64,000 nt of DNA from Eledone cirrhosa (Eukaryota): NCBI GenBank assembly GCA_964016885.1, contig OZ024752.1:21452001-21516000 (forward strand), given 5' to 3'. The notes below the pieces were generated by a model that saw only the letters and a program-made list of their open reading frames with translations, made no database searches and was not told the origin of the DNA. This document shows, in pieces, positions 13,201 to 27,071 of this stretch. Position 1 is the first letter of the stretch. The number at the start of each line of letters is the position of its first letter. Made by a program: the position numbers and the translations under genes.

Positions 13201-15444
13201 GTTTGATACAGTGTAGTGAGGTGGTGGTGGTGTTGGTGGTGTTTGATACAATGTATTGAGGTGGTGGTGGTGGTGTTTGATACAATGTAGTTAGGTGTTG
13301 TTGGTGGTGGTGGTGTTTGATACAATGTAGTGAGGTATTGTTGGTGGTTGTGGTGGTGTTTGATACAATGTAGTGAGGTGGTGGTGGTGTTGGTGGTATT
13401 TGATACAATGTAATGAGGTGGTGATGGTGGTGGTGGTGTTGGTGGTGTTTGATACAATGTAGTGAGGTGGTGGTTGTGTTTGATACAATGTAGTGTGGTA
13501 GTGGTGGTGGTGGTGGTGGTTGTGGTGGTGTTTGATACAATGTAGTGAGGTGGTGGTGGTGTTGGTTGTGTTTGATACAATGTAGTGAGGTGGTGGTGGT
13601 GGTGTTGGTGTTTGATACAATGTAGTGAGGTGGTGGTGGTGGTGTTGGTGTTTGATACAATGTAGTGAGGTGGTGGTGGTGGTGTTTGATACAATGTAGT
13701 GAGGTGGTGATGGTGTTTTATACAATGTAGTGTGGTGGTGGTGGTGATGGTGTTTGATACAATGTATTGAGGTGGTGGTGGTGGTGTTTGATACAATGTA
13801 GTGAGGTGGTGGTGGTGGTGTTTGATACAATGTAGTGTGGTGGTGGTGGTGGTGGTGTTTGATACAATGTACTGAGGTGGTGGTGGTGGTGGTGGTGTTT
13901 TATACAATGTAGTGTGGTGGTGGTGGTGTTTGATACAATGTAGTGAGGTGGTGGTGGTGGTGTTTGATACAATGTAGTGAGGTGGTGGTGGTGGTGTTTG
14001 ATACAATGTACTGAGGTGGTGGTGGTGTTGGTGGTGTTTGATACAATGTATTGAGGTGGTGGTGGTGGTGTTTGATAGAATGTAGTGAGGTGGTGGTGGT
14101 GTTGGTGGTGTTTGATACAATGTATTGAGGTGGTGGTGGTGGTGTTTGATACAATGTATTGGGTGGTGGTGGTGGTGTTTGATACAAGGTAGTTAGGTGT
14201 TGTTGGTGGTGGTGGTGTTTGATACAATGTAGTGAGCTGGTGGTGGTGTTGGTGGTGTTTGATACAATGTAATGAGGTGGTGATGGTGGTGTTTGATACA
14301 ATGTAGTGAGGTGGTGGTGGTGTTGTTGGTGTTTGATATAATGTAGTGAGGTGGTGGTGGTGGTGGTGTTTGATACAATGTAGTGAGGTGGTGGTTGTGT
14401 TTGATACAATGTAGTGTGGTGGTGGTGGTGGTGGTGGTGTTTGATACAATGTAGTAAGGTGGTGTTTGTGGTGTTTGATACAATGTATTGAGGTGGTGGT
14501 GTTTGATACAATGTAGTGAGGTGGTGGTGTTTGATACAATGTAGTGAGGTGGTGGTGTTTGATACAATGTATTGAGGTGGTTGTGTTTGATACAATGTAG
14601 TGAGGTGGTGGTGGTGGTGTTGGTGTTTGATACAATGTAGGGTGGTGGTGGTGTTGGTGTTTGATACAATGTAGTGAGGTGGTGGTAGTGGTGGTGGTGG
14701 TGCTGTTTGATACAATGTACTGAGGTGGTGGTGGTGGTGTTTGATACAATGTAGTGAGGTGGTGGTGGTGGTGGTGGTGTTGGTGTTTGATACAATGTAG
14801 TGAGGTGGTGGTGGTGGTGGTGGTGTTTGATACAATGTAGTGAGGTGGTGATGGTGGTGGTGGTGGTGCTGTTTGATACAATGTACTGACGTGGTGGTGG
14901 TCGTGCTTGATACAATGTAGTATGGTGGTGGTGGTGGTGTTTTATACAATGTAGTGTGGTGGTGGTGGTGGTGGTGGTGTTTGATACAATGTAGTGAGGT
15001 GGTGGTGGTGGTGGTGTTTGATACAATGTAGTGTGGTGGTGGTGGTGGTGGTGGTGTTTGATACAATGTAGTGAGGTGGTGGTGGTGGTGTTTGATACAA
15101 TGTAGTGAGGTGGTGATGGTGTGGTGGTGGTGGTGTAGTTTGATACAATGTATTGAGGTGGTGATGGTGGTGTTGGTGGTGTTTGATACAATGCAGTGTG
15201 GTGGTGGTGGTGGTGTTGGTGGTGTTTGATACAATGCAGTGTGGCGGTGGTGGTGGTGGTGTTTAATACAATGTAGTGTGGTGGTGGTGTTTGATACAAT
15301 GTAGTGAGGTGGTGATGGGGGTGGTGGTGGTGTTTGATGCAATGTAGTGAGCTGGTGACTGTGGTGGTGGTGGTGGTGTTTATACAATGTAGTGAGGTGA
15401 TGGTGGTGGTGGTGGTGGTGTTTATACAATGTAGTGAGGTGGTG
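10290..15444. repeat. Compound minisatellite: constant core TTTGATACAATGTAGTGAG separated by variable-length (GTG)n
   Basis: Roughly 150 units (estimated). Core variants TGTATTGAG, TGTAGTGTG and TGTACTGAG. Confidence 0.97.
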
Positions 15445-16039
15445 AGTAAGCTTTCAAGTTCAAAGTACATAATCTCAAATTAATTTTATCCAATAAGTAC
15501 TTAACAGATAATGATTATTTCAATTAATTGTTGGGTGGTGTGAGGGTGGCTTGTGGTTGGAGATGGAGGTGTTGTGGATTTGTGTTGGTCATGTTAGAAG
15601 GTTGGTGGTTGCTAGGTGGCAGAGGGGGAGGGGATAGTTCATGCTGGGTTGGTGTTGGTCATGGTTGGAAGGTATGGTGGTTGGTGAGAAGATAACAGAG
15701 AGGCTGGAAGCTGTTTTAAGTTTTATCACAGTAAAGTTGATTCCTACAATGGATTTAACACCGCCACCACCACCACCAGCCCCACCACCAACTCCACCAG
15801 CACCACCGCCACCATTAGCACCACTGCCACCACCAGCACCACCGCCACCATCAGCACCACCACCAACACCACAACCACCACCACCACCAGTACCACCATC
15901 ACTATAACCACCAGTACCATCATCAACACCACCACCACCATCATCACCACCACCACCACCACCACCACCACTACCACCACTGCCACCAACAGTGTCTTTC
16001 TTAACTGTTTATTAATAACTGGTTGTTTTTTTTAAAATC

Positions 16040-16650
16040 TCTCTGCGGACAGAATGGGGAAGGGGTTTCCCCGGAGGATGTAGGGGAGATGTGCTGCAAG
16101 AGCCATTCCATCTCGTGAGGCTCACACCTGCAGCTAGCCAGCTCAGCGCCTATAGTGGTAAATAGGGAGGTAGCCCTAGGGCCAAGAACACCAGTAGTCT
16201 CCACTGCTAGGGGCATGACCATGAATCTGTCCAAGAGTGACCAATACTTGGAGAGTTTGCTCTCCTCAGGCCGAAGTGCAGCCGGACCTGGGTTAGTTGC
16301 AGACTGCACCAAGTTGCAGCTTGAGAATGTATCGCTACAAGTTGCATCCCAGACAAGGGGTTTAGCACTGCAGAACAGGAAGATGGCCATACCGTCTGGC
16401 CTTTTGCCATCCCTTCGGTCCAGCCCACCAGCTCAAGTTGGGAGGGGAAACCTGCAGCATCCAAGCCATGCTTTATGACCACGTTGAGGGTGGCATGGCA
16501 TGGAAGGCGGCCGGCACTGTGGTGACAGGAAAGTGGGTGGAGGCTGAAAGAGTCCACGGTGGATCCGCAACATTTGTGTGGCTCGCAGATCTGGAGGCCA
16601 AGCCTCGGAAACCCTGATGTGCAGGCTATTGTTGTCCAGCTGCATGAGAC
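16040..16650 (-). mobile_element. Non-LTR retrotransposon C-terminus with restriction-like endonuclease (CRE-like), decayed
   Basis: CGSTVD..HPLSC zinc knuckle, RPDG, LVWDATCSDT, PLAVETTGVLGP. Confidence 0.8.
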
Positions 16651-16666
16651 TTTAAACGCATGGTTG

Positions 16667-16783
<117 letters not shown>

Positions 16784-17183
16784 TTCGGTTTGTTGGTTCA
16801 CCACTGGATAGAGCTGGTCATTCCGTGTGGTCAACCTCAATGTAATATTATGGAGAGCACTCAACATAATGCAACTCACCCGTCTTCGTTTGTGTAGTTG
16901 GTGGTGCGAGTACGGAGTTAATTATTATAAAATAACAGGAGGCTGGACTGGTGTAAATCCTTGAAAGGTTTATTATGCCATGATCATTTCAATGACCGGG
17001 TTCAGTATGAATCCGGTGACATCATCAGGTATTCAAAATATAACAAAGGAATATAACAGATAAAATCCATGGGGCTGAAAATCAGAGACAAGAGGACGAC
17101 TGACTATTTAGCAGCTTCTACCTCAGTCGGCCGCCCTCGACTGAGGTAGAAGCTGCAGTTCAGCCTCCTGTTATTTTATAATA
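16784..17183 (-). mobile_element. Miniature PLE-end-like insertion with decayed HHR and inverted end
   Basis: 28-bp inverted repeat at 16923-16950/17156-17183; 19-bp perfect hairpin at 17111-17156. Minus-strand CTGATGA..GAAA-TGATCA-TG at 16975-17032. (TA)n flanks. Confidence 0.6.
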
Positions 17184-17698
17184 TATATATAGAATGATAA
17201 GTTTGAAGAATAGTCAGTCAAAAATTTATTCAATTTTTTATTCATAGTCCGTAGAAATTAACTAGATAAATGAGGCACAAGACCAAAAAATTTTGAGGGG
17301 AGGGAAAAGTTGATTATATTGATCCATGTTATTTTATCGACCTGGAAGGATTGATAAAATTTGCTGGTCTTGTGCCTAAATTAAAACCATACATTTGACA
17401 GTACTGGTAGTTAAGTGGTTGCTCCCGTTCTGTTGACAAACCTACGTTGTAATTTGATTCCGTAAATTTTATGTGAAAATTTGGACCAATGATAGACCCA
17501 GACTTCCACCTCTCCTTCACCACTGCATGCCCGACTACTTCCCAGCCCTCCACACCCATCTTAAAAAAGCTTTCCCCTCAACCATCCAACCTCCCTCTTT
17601 ACCAACCTTCTTGCCGTCTCTTTCTCCAAACTTCACTATTTCCCGATGAATGACTAACGTCTGATACAATGAAATATTTATTCATCTTCATTCCCAAT

Positions 17699-17888
17699 CA
17701 TGGTTGTACCTCTGGCAGTGGAGACTTCTGGTGTCCTCGGCCCTAGGGGCCTACCTCCCTACTCACCACCATAGGCGCTGAGCTGGCCAGCCGCAGGTGT
17801 GAACCCCACGAATTGGAGTGGCTTTTTCAGCGCGTCTCCCTTGCCATCCTCCTGGGAAACGCCTTCTCCATCCTGTCCACCGGGGCTA
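17699..17888 (+). mobile_element. Second CRE-like RLE 3' fragment
   Basis: PLAVETSGVLGP and EWLFQRVSLAILLGNAFSIL; homologous to 16050-16230. Confidence 0.8.
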
Positions 17889-17894
17889 TGTGTG

Positions 17895-18293
17895 TGTGTG
17901 TGGGGGGGGGGGGGGCATCGCGTAACATTCCATATTTAAGTATGTGCACTATCATATACTTGACGATGAAACTTATAAGACTGTGTTTTCGACAATAAAT
18001 CTCCCAGTTGTTTGATCTATAGAACAGCTCACTTCTGAAATTTACATGTAGCAACTGGCTGAACAATCCACAGATATATGTACCCTTAACGTATTTCTCA
18101 GGGAGATTCAGCTTGACATTACGTGACAAGCCTGGTTCTTTGAATCACTGGTACAACTCATATTTTCCAGGTGAGCAGATTGGCATAACATCAAATAAAT
18201 ATTTTGGTGAAAGACAGAATCTGCCACCGGAAATCGAACTCAGGACCTTACGATCGTGAATCAAATATTTTTAACCACTAAACCACGCGCCTT
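17895..18293 (-). mobile_element. tRNA-derived SINE (another family)
   Basis: Minus-strand head GGCGCGTGGTTTAGTGG (A box) and GAGTTCGATTTCC (B box). The 3' limit is approximate. Confidence 0.6.
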
Positions 18294-18616
18294 CAAACAC
18301 TCTCATAGATGTTTGATGTATATTTCTCTCTCTCTCTTCTCGTTACTTGTCTCTTTCTCTCTCTTCCCCTTCTCTGTCTATATATATCTGTATGTTTGCT
18401 TGTTGTGTCTGTGTGTCCGCGCGTGTAACGTCTTTAAGTTATATATCACTTTTTCTCTTCCCCTTTCTCACATTATATCTCTATTTATTTCATGTAGAGA
18501 TATATCTTACTCCCATTAACTATCTCATGTATCTCTCTTGCTTTGTATTTACCTTAGCCGTATCTTATTCATACCGTTTCTTCCACTTCTCTTTCTTTAT
18601 CTTTGTATCCCCCCCC

Positions 18617-18649
<33 letters not shown>

Positions 18650-19194
18650 TCCTCTCTTTTACTTCGTGAATGAGAAATCAATTAAGAGTAAGTGAACGAC
18701 GAGACAGAGATTTAGAGAGAATGTGAACGAGTTAGTGAGAGAGTAAGTAAAAGAGTTAGTAAGAGAGTGAATGACTGAACGAGTGAGCTGAAGTATAAAC
18801 ACAATGTGAATACTTGTTGGGGTTAAATCACACGTAGGGGTATTGCAGTGCCTCAGCAGTGGAGGTGGGTGCAAGTCACGCGACATTTCAGCCCTCATCA
18901 GCTCAGAGATGACCTACCGGCCATTATCTACATTATATATTACTCCGATCACAACCTCTTCATTTTCTTTTACCTGACTTCCCTACCTATAGCTGACGGT
19001 AACGTGTTTCTGGAAAGACAAGACGGGTATGCTTTATTTTTCAATTGCAAGCCCGCAGTCTTTCTCGCTGCATATGCAATCTTCCTCATTCCGCTTCTTT
19101 CTGTGAGTCTATTTCTTTTCTCTTTCCGTCTTTCCACACTTCTCTTTATCTTTCTTTCTTCGTTTCTTGTTATCTATCTATCTATCTATCTATA

Positions 19195-19225
<31 letters not shown>

Positions 19226-20724
19226 TTATCTATCTATCTATTATTTGTGATAACATTTTACACGTTTTTATTGTATATAAACTTCCCCCTTTGTATTTGT
19301 CCCCTTCTTTTGTGCCCCTGTGGCTAATAAAGAAACATATCTATCTATCCATTCATCTGTCTGCCCCTGTCTGTCTGAATATCTATCTATCTATTTATCT
19401 ATCTATCTGCCCGTCTATCTATCTGTTTATCTATCGATCTATCTACCTATCTATTTTTCTCTTCTCTTTTCATTCTGTTCGCCTACACGCTCTATTTATC
19501 AGTCGCCAATTATTCTCTCTCTCCCTTTTCTCCTACCCTTTATCCTTCATTCACTCATAAGTTGCTCCTTTCCGCAAAACAGGCGATATTTTCCTCTGTC
19601 GTCCACCCCATCCATCTTTCTCATTCGTTCTTTTTTTCTCTTCTTCCCTATTACCACTTCTTCACTCAGTCAAGTATCCCTTTTAAGCAAGCAGACGACA
19701 GTTTGCCGTGCTTACTCTCATACTCAGTCTATTTGTTTCTCTTTTCACCCTCTCACCCAAGCATTCACTGATTTTCTAACAAGCAGACGACAGTTCGCAG
19801 TACTTACATTCTCAATCTCTCTCTCTCTTCCTCACTCATCCACTCACTAGAAAGCAGACGACAGTTTGTCGTGTTTACTTTCTCACTCAGACACTCTCTC
19901 ATTCTCTCTCTCTTTCTTTATCTCTTTCCCCTCAACTACTCACTCATTTTTTAATAAGCAGATGATAATTTACTCTCCCTACTCCTCCACTCTCTACATA
20001 GCTCCATACCTCACTCTCTCCCTTAGTACCTCTAATAAGCAGACGATAATTTACTCTCCTTATTCTCTTACTTTCTACATATCTCCCTCATTCCTTCTTT
20101 CTTAGTCTCTCTACTAAGCAAACGATAATTTACTCCCCTTACTCTCTACATATCTCCCTCCCTTACACTCTCTTATAAGCAGCTCTCCTTACACTCTCAC
20201 TCTCTACAACCCCCTCCTTCACTCGCTCATTCTATCCTTCAGCGTCTCTCCAGTAAGCAGACGATAGTTTTCGTGCGACTAGACAAACAGATAGACAGAC
20301 AGATAGACAGATTGACAGATAGACAGATTGACAGATAGACAGATAGACAAACAGACAGACAGACGGACTGTCAGAGGAACAGACGTGTTAGTCTGTTGTA
20401 TGGAGGAAAACAATGAAGTGGAGACTGTTTTTATGTGAATGTTGACCAACCAGCCTGCCATGTGCTACTCTAGCTTAATGCTATCGTTATGTAAGTATCG
20501 ATCTTTACAACTTCACTTTACAAACATCTTATACACTTCCCAATCACGGACCACTTGCTATCTTTTCTATTCTTGTTTTAATATCTTCTTCCTTTCTTCA
20601 TTAGTTTATTTCTCTCGTTCATTTTTTTTACACCCTTTAAAAAAAACAATTTTCTGCTCTGTCTCTCTCTTTCACCCCCTCTCTTACTGTCTATCGTTGC
20701 TCGTTAATGCCACATCTCTGCACA

Positions 20725-20743
20725 TATACATACATATATATAC

Positions 20744-20782
<39 letters not shown>

Positions 20783-20866
20783 CATATATATACATACATA
20801 CATATATATTCATATTTATATATAGGTGTGTGCATATATATATATATGTATGTGGATATATATGTA

Positions 20867-20960
<94 letters not shown>

Positions 20961-20977
20961 GATATATATGTATGTGC

Positions 20978-21033
<56 letters not shown>

Positions 21034-21126
21034 ATATATATATGTGTATGTGTATATATATATGTGTATATATATATATATATGTGTGTATATATATATA
21101 TACGTGTGTATATATATATATATATA

Positions 21127-21157
<31 letters not shown>

Positions 21158-21174
21158 GTGTGTGTATATATATA

Positions 21175-21207
<33 letters not shown>

Positions 21208-21670
21208 GTTCGTTGTACTGCCTCTCTGTTTTGTTCCTGTTCAAATTTTTCCATTATATATATGTATATATATATATATATATATGTATGTGGATATATA
21301 TGTATGTGGATATGTATGTATATTATATATATATATATATATATATAATATACACATATATATATATATAATATACATATATATATATGTATATAATATA
21401 TATATATATATGTATATAATATATATATATATATATGTATATAATATATATATATATGTGTATATATAAATATGTATATAAATATGTATATATATATACA
21501 TTATACATACATATATACATATTTATATATAGGTATGTGCATATATATATATATGTGTGTGTATTATATACATGTATATATATATACACATATAAATGTA
21601 TATATATATATGTATATATAAATATGTATATATATATATATGTATGTAAATATATGTATATATATATATG
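20725..21670. repeat. (TA)n/(TG)n microsatellite tract
   Basis: Directly visible. Confidence 0.95.
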
Positions 21671-21672
21671 TA

Positions 21673-22003
21673 GGCACATGGCTTAGTGGTTAGAGCATTG
21701 GCCCTGCGATCGAAAGGTTGTGAGTTCAATTCTCAGATCGGGTGATGTTTTGTTTCCTTGAGCAAGATACTTTATTTCACATTGCTCCAGTTTACTCAGC
21801 TGTAGAAATGAGATGATAGGGACTGGGGTCCCTATCATTCCACTGCAAAGTGGTCGTGGAGGTGCCACGGTAAAAAAGCACCCAGCACTCAATATAAATG
21901 AGGTTGGTGTTAGGAAGGGCATCCAGCTGTAGAAATCAAGCCAGAATCAGTTCCCGTCCTACCCTTGCAAGCAGGGAAAAGCGGAGATAAAATGATGATG
22001 ATG
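21673..22003 (+). mobile_element. Full-length tRNA SINE with RTE-derived body and tail
   Basis: A box TGGCTTAGTGG, B box GAGTTCAATTC, CCTTGAGCAAGA..ACTTT domain, GGAAGGGCATCCAGCTG, tail CCCTTGCAAGCAGGGAAAAGCGG(ATG)n. Confidence 0.9.
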
Positions 22004-22430
22004 TATATGAATGTATATGTATATATATGTATATATATGTATATATAAATATGTATATATATGTATTTATGTATGTATATATATCATCATCATCACCGTT
22101 TTACGTCCGTTCTTCCATGCTAGCATGGGTTAGACGGGTTGTCCTGTTGTGGGCAGTGTCTGGTCGGCTGACCATGCCTTGCTCATACAGGAACTGATCT
22201 GGCTTGATTTCTACAGCTGGATGCCCTTCCTAACACCAACCTCATTTACAGTGAGTGCTGGGTGCTTTTTCGTGGCGCCTACACGTCCACTTTACAGTGT
22301 GGGCTGGGTGCTTTTTTGCCGTGGCACCTCCACGACCACCTTGCGGTGGGGGGGGGGGGGGCATATAAATATGTATATATATATACATATTTATATACAT
22401 ATTTATATATACACATATATATATACACCC

Positions 22431-22461
<31 letters not shown>

Positions 22462-22667
22462 ACATATATATATTATATACATATATATATATATATATAT
22501 TATATACATATATAAATATATATTATATATATGTATGCATATATATATGTATATGTATATTTATGTATATATATATATATATATATATATCCACATACAC
22601 ATATATGTATATACACACACATATATATATATACATATGTATACATATATATATATATATATATATA

Positions 22668-24196
22668 TTACCCTCAGTAGATCCGACAGAGGGACCAGCT
22701 ATTGAGATTGACGAATATAGGGTCCAAGAGGCGATTAAGAAAATGAAAAATGGTAAGGCTGCTGGACCGTCGGGGATAGTTGCTGAGATGCTGAAGGCAT
22801 CAGGGGACGTAGACACTAAACTGGTTGCACTCATCATCAATGAGGCTAAATATGGTGGTGTCATACCTAAAGACTAGTGCAGCAGTATTCTCATAAATTG
22901 CTACAAAGGTAAAAGGGATGCTCTGGAGAGGAGCAAATATAGGGGTATAAAGCTGATGGATCAGGTTATGAACGTGGCAGAAAGGATATTAGCGCAACTA
23001 ATTAGAGAAAGGGTCAAATTAGATGAGATGCAGTTTGGTTTTGTGCCTGGGAAAAGTACAACAGATCTTCTTAGCGAGACAATTACAAGAGAGGTTCTTA
23101 GAGAAGAATAAGCCACTATACTTAGCCTTTGTTGACCTAGAGAAGGACTTTGATAGGGTACCCCGATCTGTCATCTGGTGGTCCCTAAGGAAACTAGGTG
23201 TTGAAGAATGGCTTGTGAGGACAGTGCAAACTTTGTACAGATGTGCTGTCAATAAAGTCAGGGTAGGAATGGAAACAGCAGTTGGAAGCAAGAGGATTGA
23301 GAGTGAACCTAGCTAAGACAAAAGTGTTGATGAGTAGAAAAGAGGACAAAACTCTGATTCCGTCAGGGAAATGGCCATGTTCGATATGCAGAAAAGGAAC
23401 TGGCATAAATTCTATAAAATGCACACAATGCAGATCCTGGGTACACAAGAGATGTAGCGGGATAGCAGGCAAACTAACAGGTAGGGAGAAATATGTATGC
23501 AGTAGATGTACAGGGAAATTAGACAGTAGAAGTCGCATTGATAGACACATTTTTCAAATGCAGGAGGGCGCTATAGAAGTGGTGGATAGCTTCCGGTACC
23601 TAGGTGATCAGATTAGCATGGAGGGGGGTGTTCCGAGGCCATAGTATCTAGAATAAGGAGGGATTGGAAGAAGTTTAGGGAGCTGCTCCCTCTGCTGACG
23701 AAGAAGGGTTTCTCCCTGTGTACGAAAGGCCAGTTATATGTTGCCTGTGTGAGGAGCGCGATGCTGCATGGTAGTGAGACATGGGCAGCAACTGCAGAGG
23801 ATATGTGACGGCTGGAGAGAAATAAGGCAAGCATGCTCCGTTGGATGTGCAATGTCAATGTGTGTGAACGACCCAACATGAATGTGTTGAGAGAGAAACT
23901 GTGTCTGAGGGACATAGAATGTAGTGTATGGGAGAGGAGACTGAGGTGGTATGGACATGTGATGCGCATGGAGGATGACCGATGGGTGAAGAAGTGCCAG
24001 GAAATGCCAGTTGAAGGAAGACGTGGTAGAGGTAGACCACGAAAAACATGGGCGGAGGTGGTGGGAACAGTCCTCAGATCGCTGAAGCTCACGGTGGAGA
24101 TGAAGAAGGACCGTGAAAAGTGAAGAGATGCTGTGCTGAATAAGACCCGCCTCACCCTTGCAAACAGGGAAAAGCAGACGTAAATGATGATGATGA
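22668..24196 (+). mobile_element. Decayed RTE LINE with internal deletion
   Basis: [12 protein letters not shown], AFVDLEKxFDRVP, PHD-like [24 protein letters not shown]; (ATG)n tail. Confidence 0.93.
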
Positions 24197-24514
24197 TTAT
24201 ACATATATATATACATATACATACATATACATATATATACATATATATATATACATATATGTATATGTGGATATATATATGTATATATAAGTATGTATAT
24301 GTGTGTATATATATATGTATATGTATATAAATATATGTATATATATGTATATATATATATATACATATATATATGTATATATATATATCATCATCATCAT
24401 CATCACCGTTTTATATATATGTATATATATATATGTATATACATATATATATACATATTCTTTTACTCTTTTACTCTTTTACCTGTTCCAGCCATCCGGC
24501 TGATGCCATGCTGG

Positions 24515-24740
24515 GGCACATTTTATCTCCAGCCTGTATTGGTTGGCCACTGGTGCAAGAGGGAGTTCGTTGCTGCTGCCCTTAGGTTTCCCCCGTGCCT
24601 TGCTGTGGGCTCATCCGGGATCCTGGATAGCAAGGTGTCAAGATATTTCTTGAAGACATCCACGTCCACACCATGCAGATCTCTCAGATCCCTCGGCAGC
24701 TTGTTGAAGAGTTGAGGGCCCTTGAACCTCAGGCTATTGC
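24515..24740 (-). mobile_element. CR1/L2-group LINE 3' fragment
   Basis: [32 protein letters not shown]. Confidence 0.75.
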
Positions 24741-24880
24741 AATATACATATATATATATACATATGCATACATATACACATATATACAACTGTAGGGAAA
24801 CTACCCCCACGTTTGTGCTTTCCTCTTATTTATAAATACACTTTATACAGCAACAACACAGCTCCGGTTCCTTCACAAAT

Positions 24881-24931
<51 letters not shown>

Positions 24932-24984
24932 AGAATGAACATATATATAATGACAGAATGAATATATATCAAATGTTGTGTTTT

Positions 24985-25555
24985 GGAGGGAAGATTGCGT
25001 TGGTATAGACATGTGATGCATATGAAGGACGACGGCTGTATAAAATATTGCAGGGCAATGAAAATTGATGGAAGCTGCGGAGTGGGTAGACCAAGAAAAA
25101 CCTGGGACAAGGTGATAAAAACTGACCTTGCCCACCTACATCTCTCTAAGACAATGACACTGGATCAAGACCTTTGGCACCATGCAGTTGTACAGAAGAC
25201 CCAACTACCATTGAATACAAACCTACAGTCAATAGGTACCTCTTAACTAAATGTACACACCACCCCCACACCCTACCCCATCCTCCCTCTCCTGTTCCGT
25301 CCACTGTGTCGATGACACAACAGTCACACTGTAAGGTGGCCGTGTAGGAGACACGGTGAAAAGGCTCCAAGTCCACACTGTAAATATGGTTGGTGTTAGG
25401 AAGGGCATCCAGCTGTAATAAAAAAACCTGCCAGAGACGCTTCTGTGTGAGCGAGACATGGTCTCCTGACCATTCCCGCTTCAAATGGAACAAAACCGCC
25501 TAACCCATGCTAGCATGGTAGCTGGACGTTAAACGCTGATGATGATGATGATGAT
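24985..25555 (+). mobile_element. RTE LINE 3' end with long UTR (same family as 3909-4440)
   Basis: RLRWYRHV..GRPRKTWD, shared UTR and (ATG)n tail. Confidence 0.88.
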
Positions 25556-25559
25556 AATA

Positions 25560-25627
<68 letters not shown>

Positions 25628-25630
<3 letters not shown>

Positions 25631-26995
25631 AATTTAGCATACAGGTAGGTGTCCATCAGGGCTCGGTTCTTAGCCCTCTCCTGTTCATTATGGTTTTGCA
25701 GGCAATAACAGAGGAATTTAAGACCGGATGCCCATGGAAACTCCTATATGTGGATGATCTTGCACTTATAGCTGAATCCATGGTGGAGCTAGAGAAGAAA
25801 TTCCAAACATGGAAGCAGGGACTAGAAAGAAAGGGTCTCAAAGTCAACCTGACAAAGACTAAGGTTCTTGTAAGTAGATGAGAAAACAGAACCCAGATCC
25901 CCTCAGGGAAATGGCCTTGCTCAGTATGTAGGAAAGGTGTAGGTAGGAACTCGATCCTCTGCTACAAATGCACAAGAGGGTACACAAGAGATGTAGTGGG
26001 ATCTCAGAAAGTTTAACTAAGAATGTAGGCTTCATATTTAGCAGCTGCGCTGGGACAGCAAGCAGCAAACGACCACAGGAAACAAGCACCACCAAACTCT
26101 GGGAGGGCTCTGTAGAAACAGTAGACAGCTTCTGCTACCTAGGTGACCGAATTAGCAGTGGAGGTGGGTGTTCGGAAAGTACAATAACTAGTGTAAGAAT
26201 GGAATAGAAGTTCAGGGAGCTACTGCCACTGCTAGCTGCAACAGGCTTTTCTCTCAAAATGAAAGGCAGACTGTATGATGTGCGTATACGAACAGCAATG
26301 TTACATGGTAGTGAGACCTGGGTGCTGTCTGTGGAAGACTTGCGTAGATTAGAAAGAAACGAAGCTTGCATGCTCCGATGGATGTGTAATAGTAATATAC
26401 ACAAACGGCAAAGTATAAACGAATTGAGAGAGAGACTGAGCATAAGAGGAATCAAATGCTGTGTGCAGGAGAGGAGGTTACGTTGGTATGAAGGATGACA
26501 GCTGTATAAAAAGGTGCAGAGCACTAGAAGTTGATGGAAGCTGCAGAGTGTGAAGACCCAAGAAGACCTGGGATAAGGTGATAAAGGCTGACTTTTCCCA
26601 ATTGCATCTCTCAAGGGCAATGACACATGACCGTGACCTCTGGCGTCATGCAGTAATACAGAACACCCGAACCCCCCACAGGTACAAGCCGAAGCTGAAG
26701 CATATAGACAATATGCCCCCAGCCCCTCCCACTGCAAAGTGGTCGTGAAGGTGCCATGGCAAAAAAGCACCCAGCCCACACTGTAAAGTGGATGTGTAGG
26801 CGCCACAGAAAAAAGCACCCAGCACTCAGTGTAAATGAGATTGGTGTTAGGAAGAGCATCCAGCTGTAGAAATCAAGCCAGAATCAGTTCCTGTATGAAC
26901 AAGACAAGGTCAGCTGACTGGACACTGCCCACAACAGGACAACCCATCTAACCCATGCTAGCATGGAAGAACGGACGTAAAACGGTGATGATGAT
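25628..26995 (+). mobile_element. Decayed RTE LINE with SINE-like 3' UTR
   Basis: [27 protein letters not shown] 26730-26890 matches the SINE body. Confidence 0.9.
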
Positions 26996-27028
<33 letters not shown>

Positions 27029-27071
27029 AATATGGTTTTATAAATATAGTTAGTTTCCATTTATTTAATAT

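Noticed and set aside
10290-15444. CRISPR-like repeat/spacer appearance and ORFs up to 936 aa
   Set aside because: The spacers are only (GTG)n, there are no cas genes, and the context is eukaryotic. The ORFs come from a stop-free repeat open in all frames.
17640-17680. CCGATGA..GAAA hammerhead-like words
   Set aside because: No convincing stems I or II.
20691-21686. YI-repeat ORFs (also 50452-51401, 59420-59969, 63257-63756)
   Set aside because: Translations of (TA)n/(TG)n.
21673-21745. tRNA gene
   Set aside because: It is the head of a SINE repeated three times in the window, with no complete cloverleaf.
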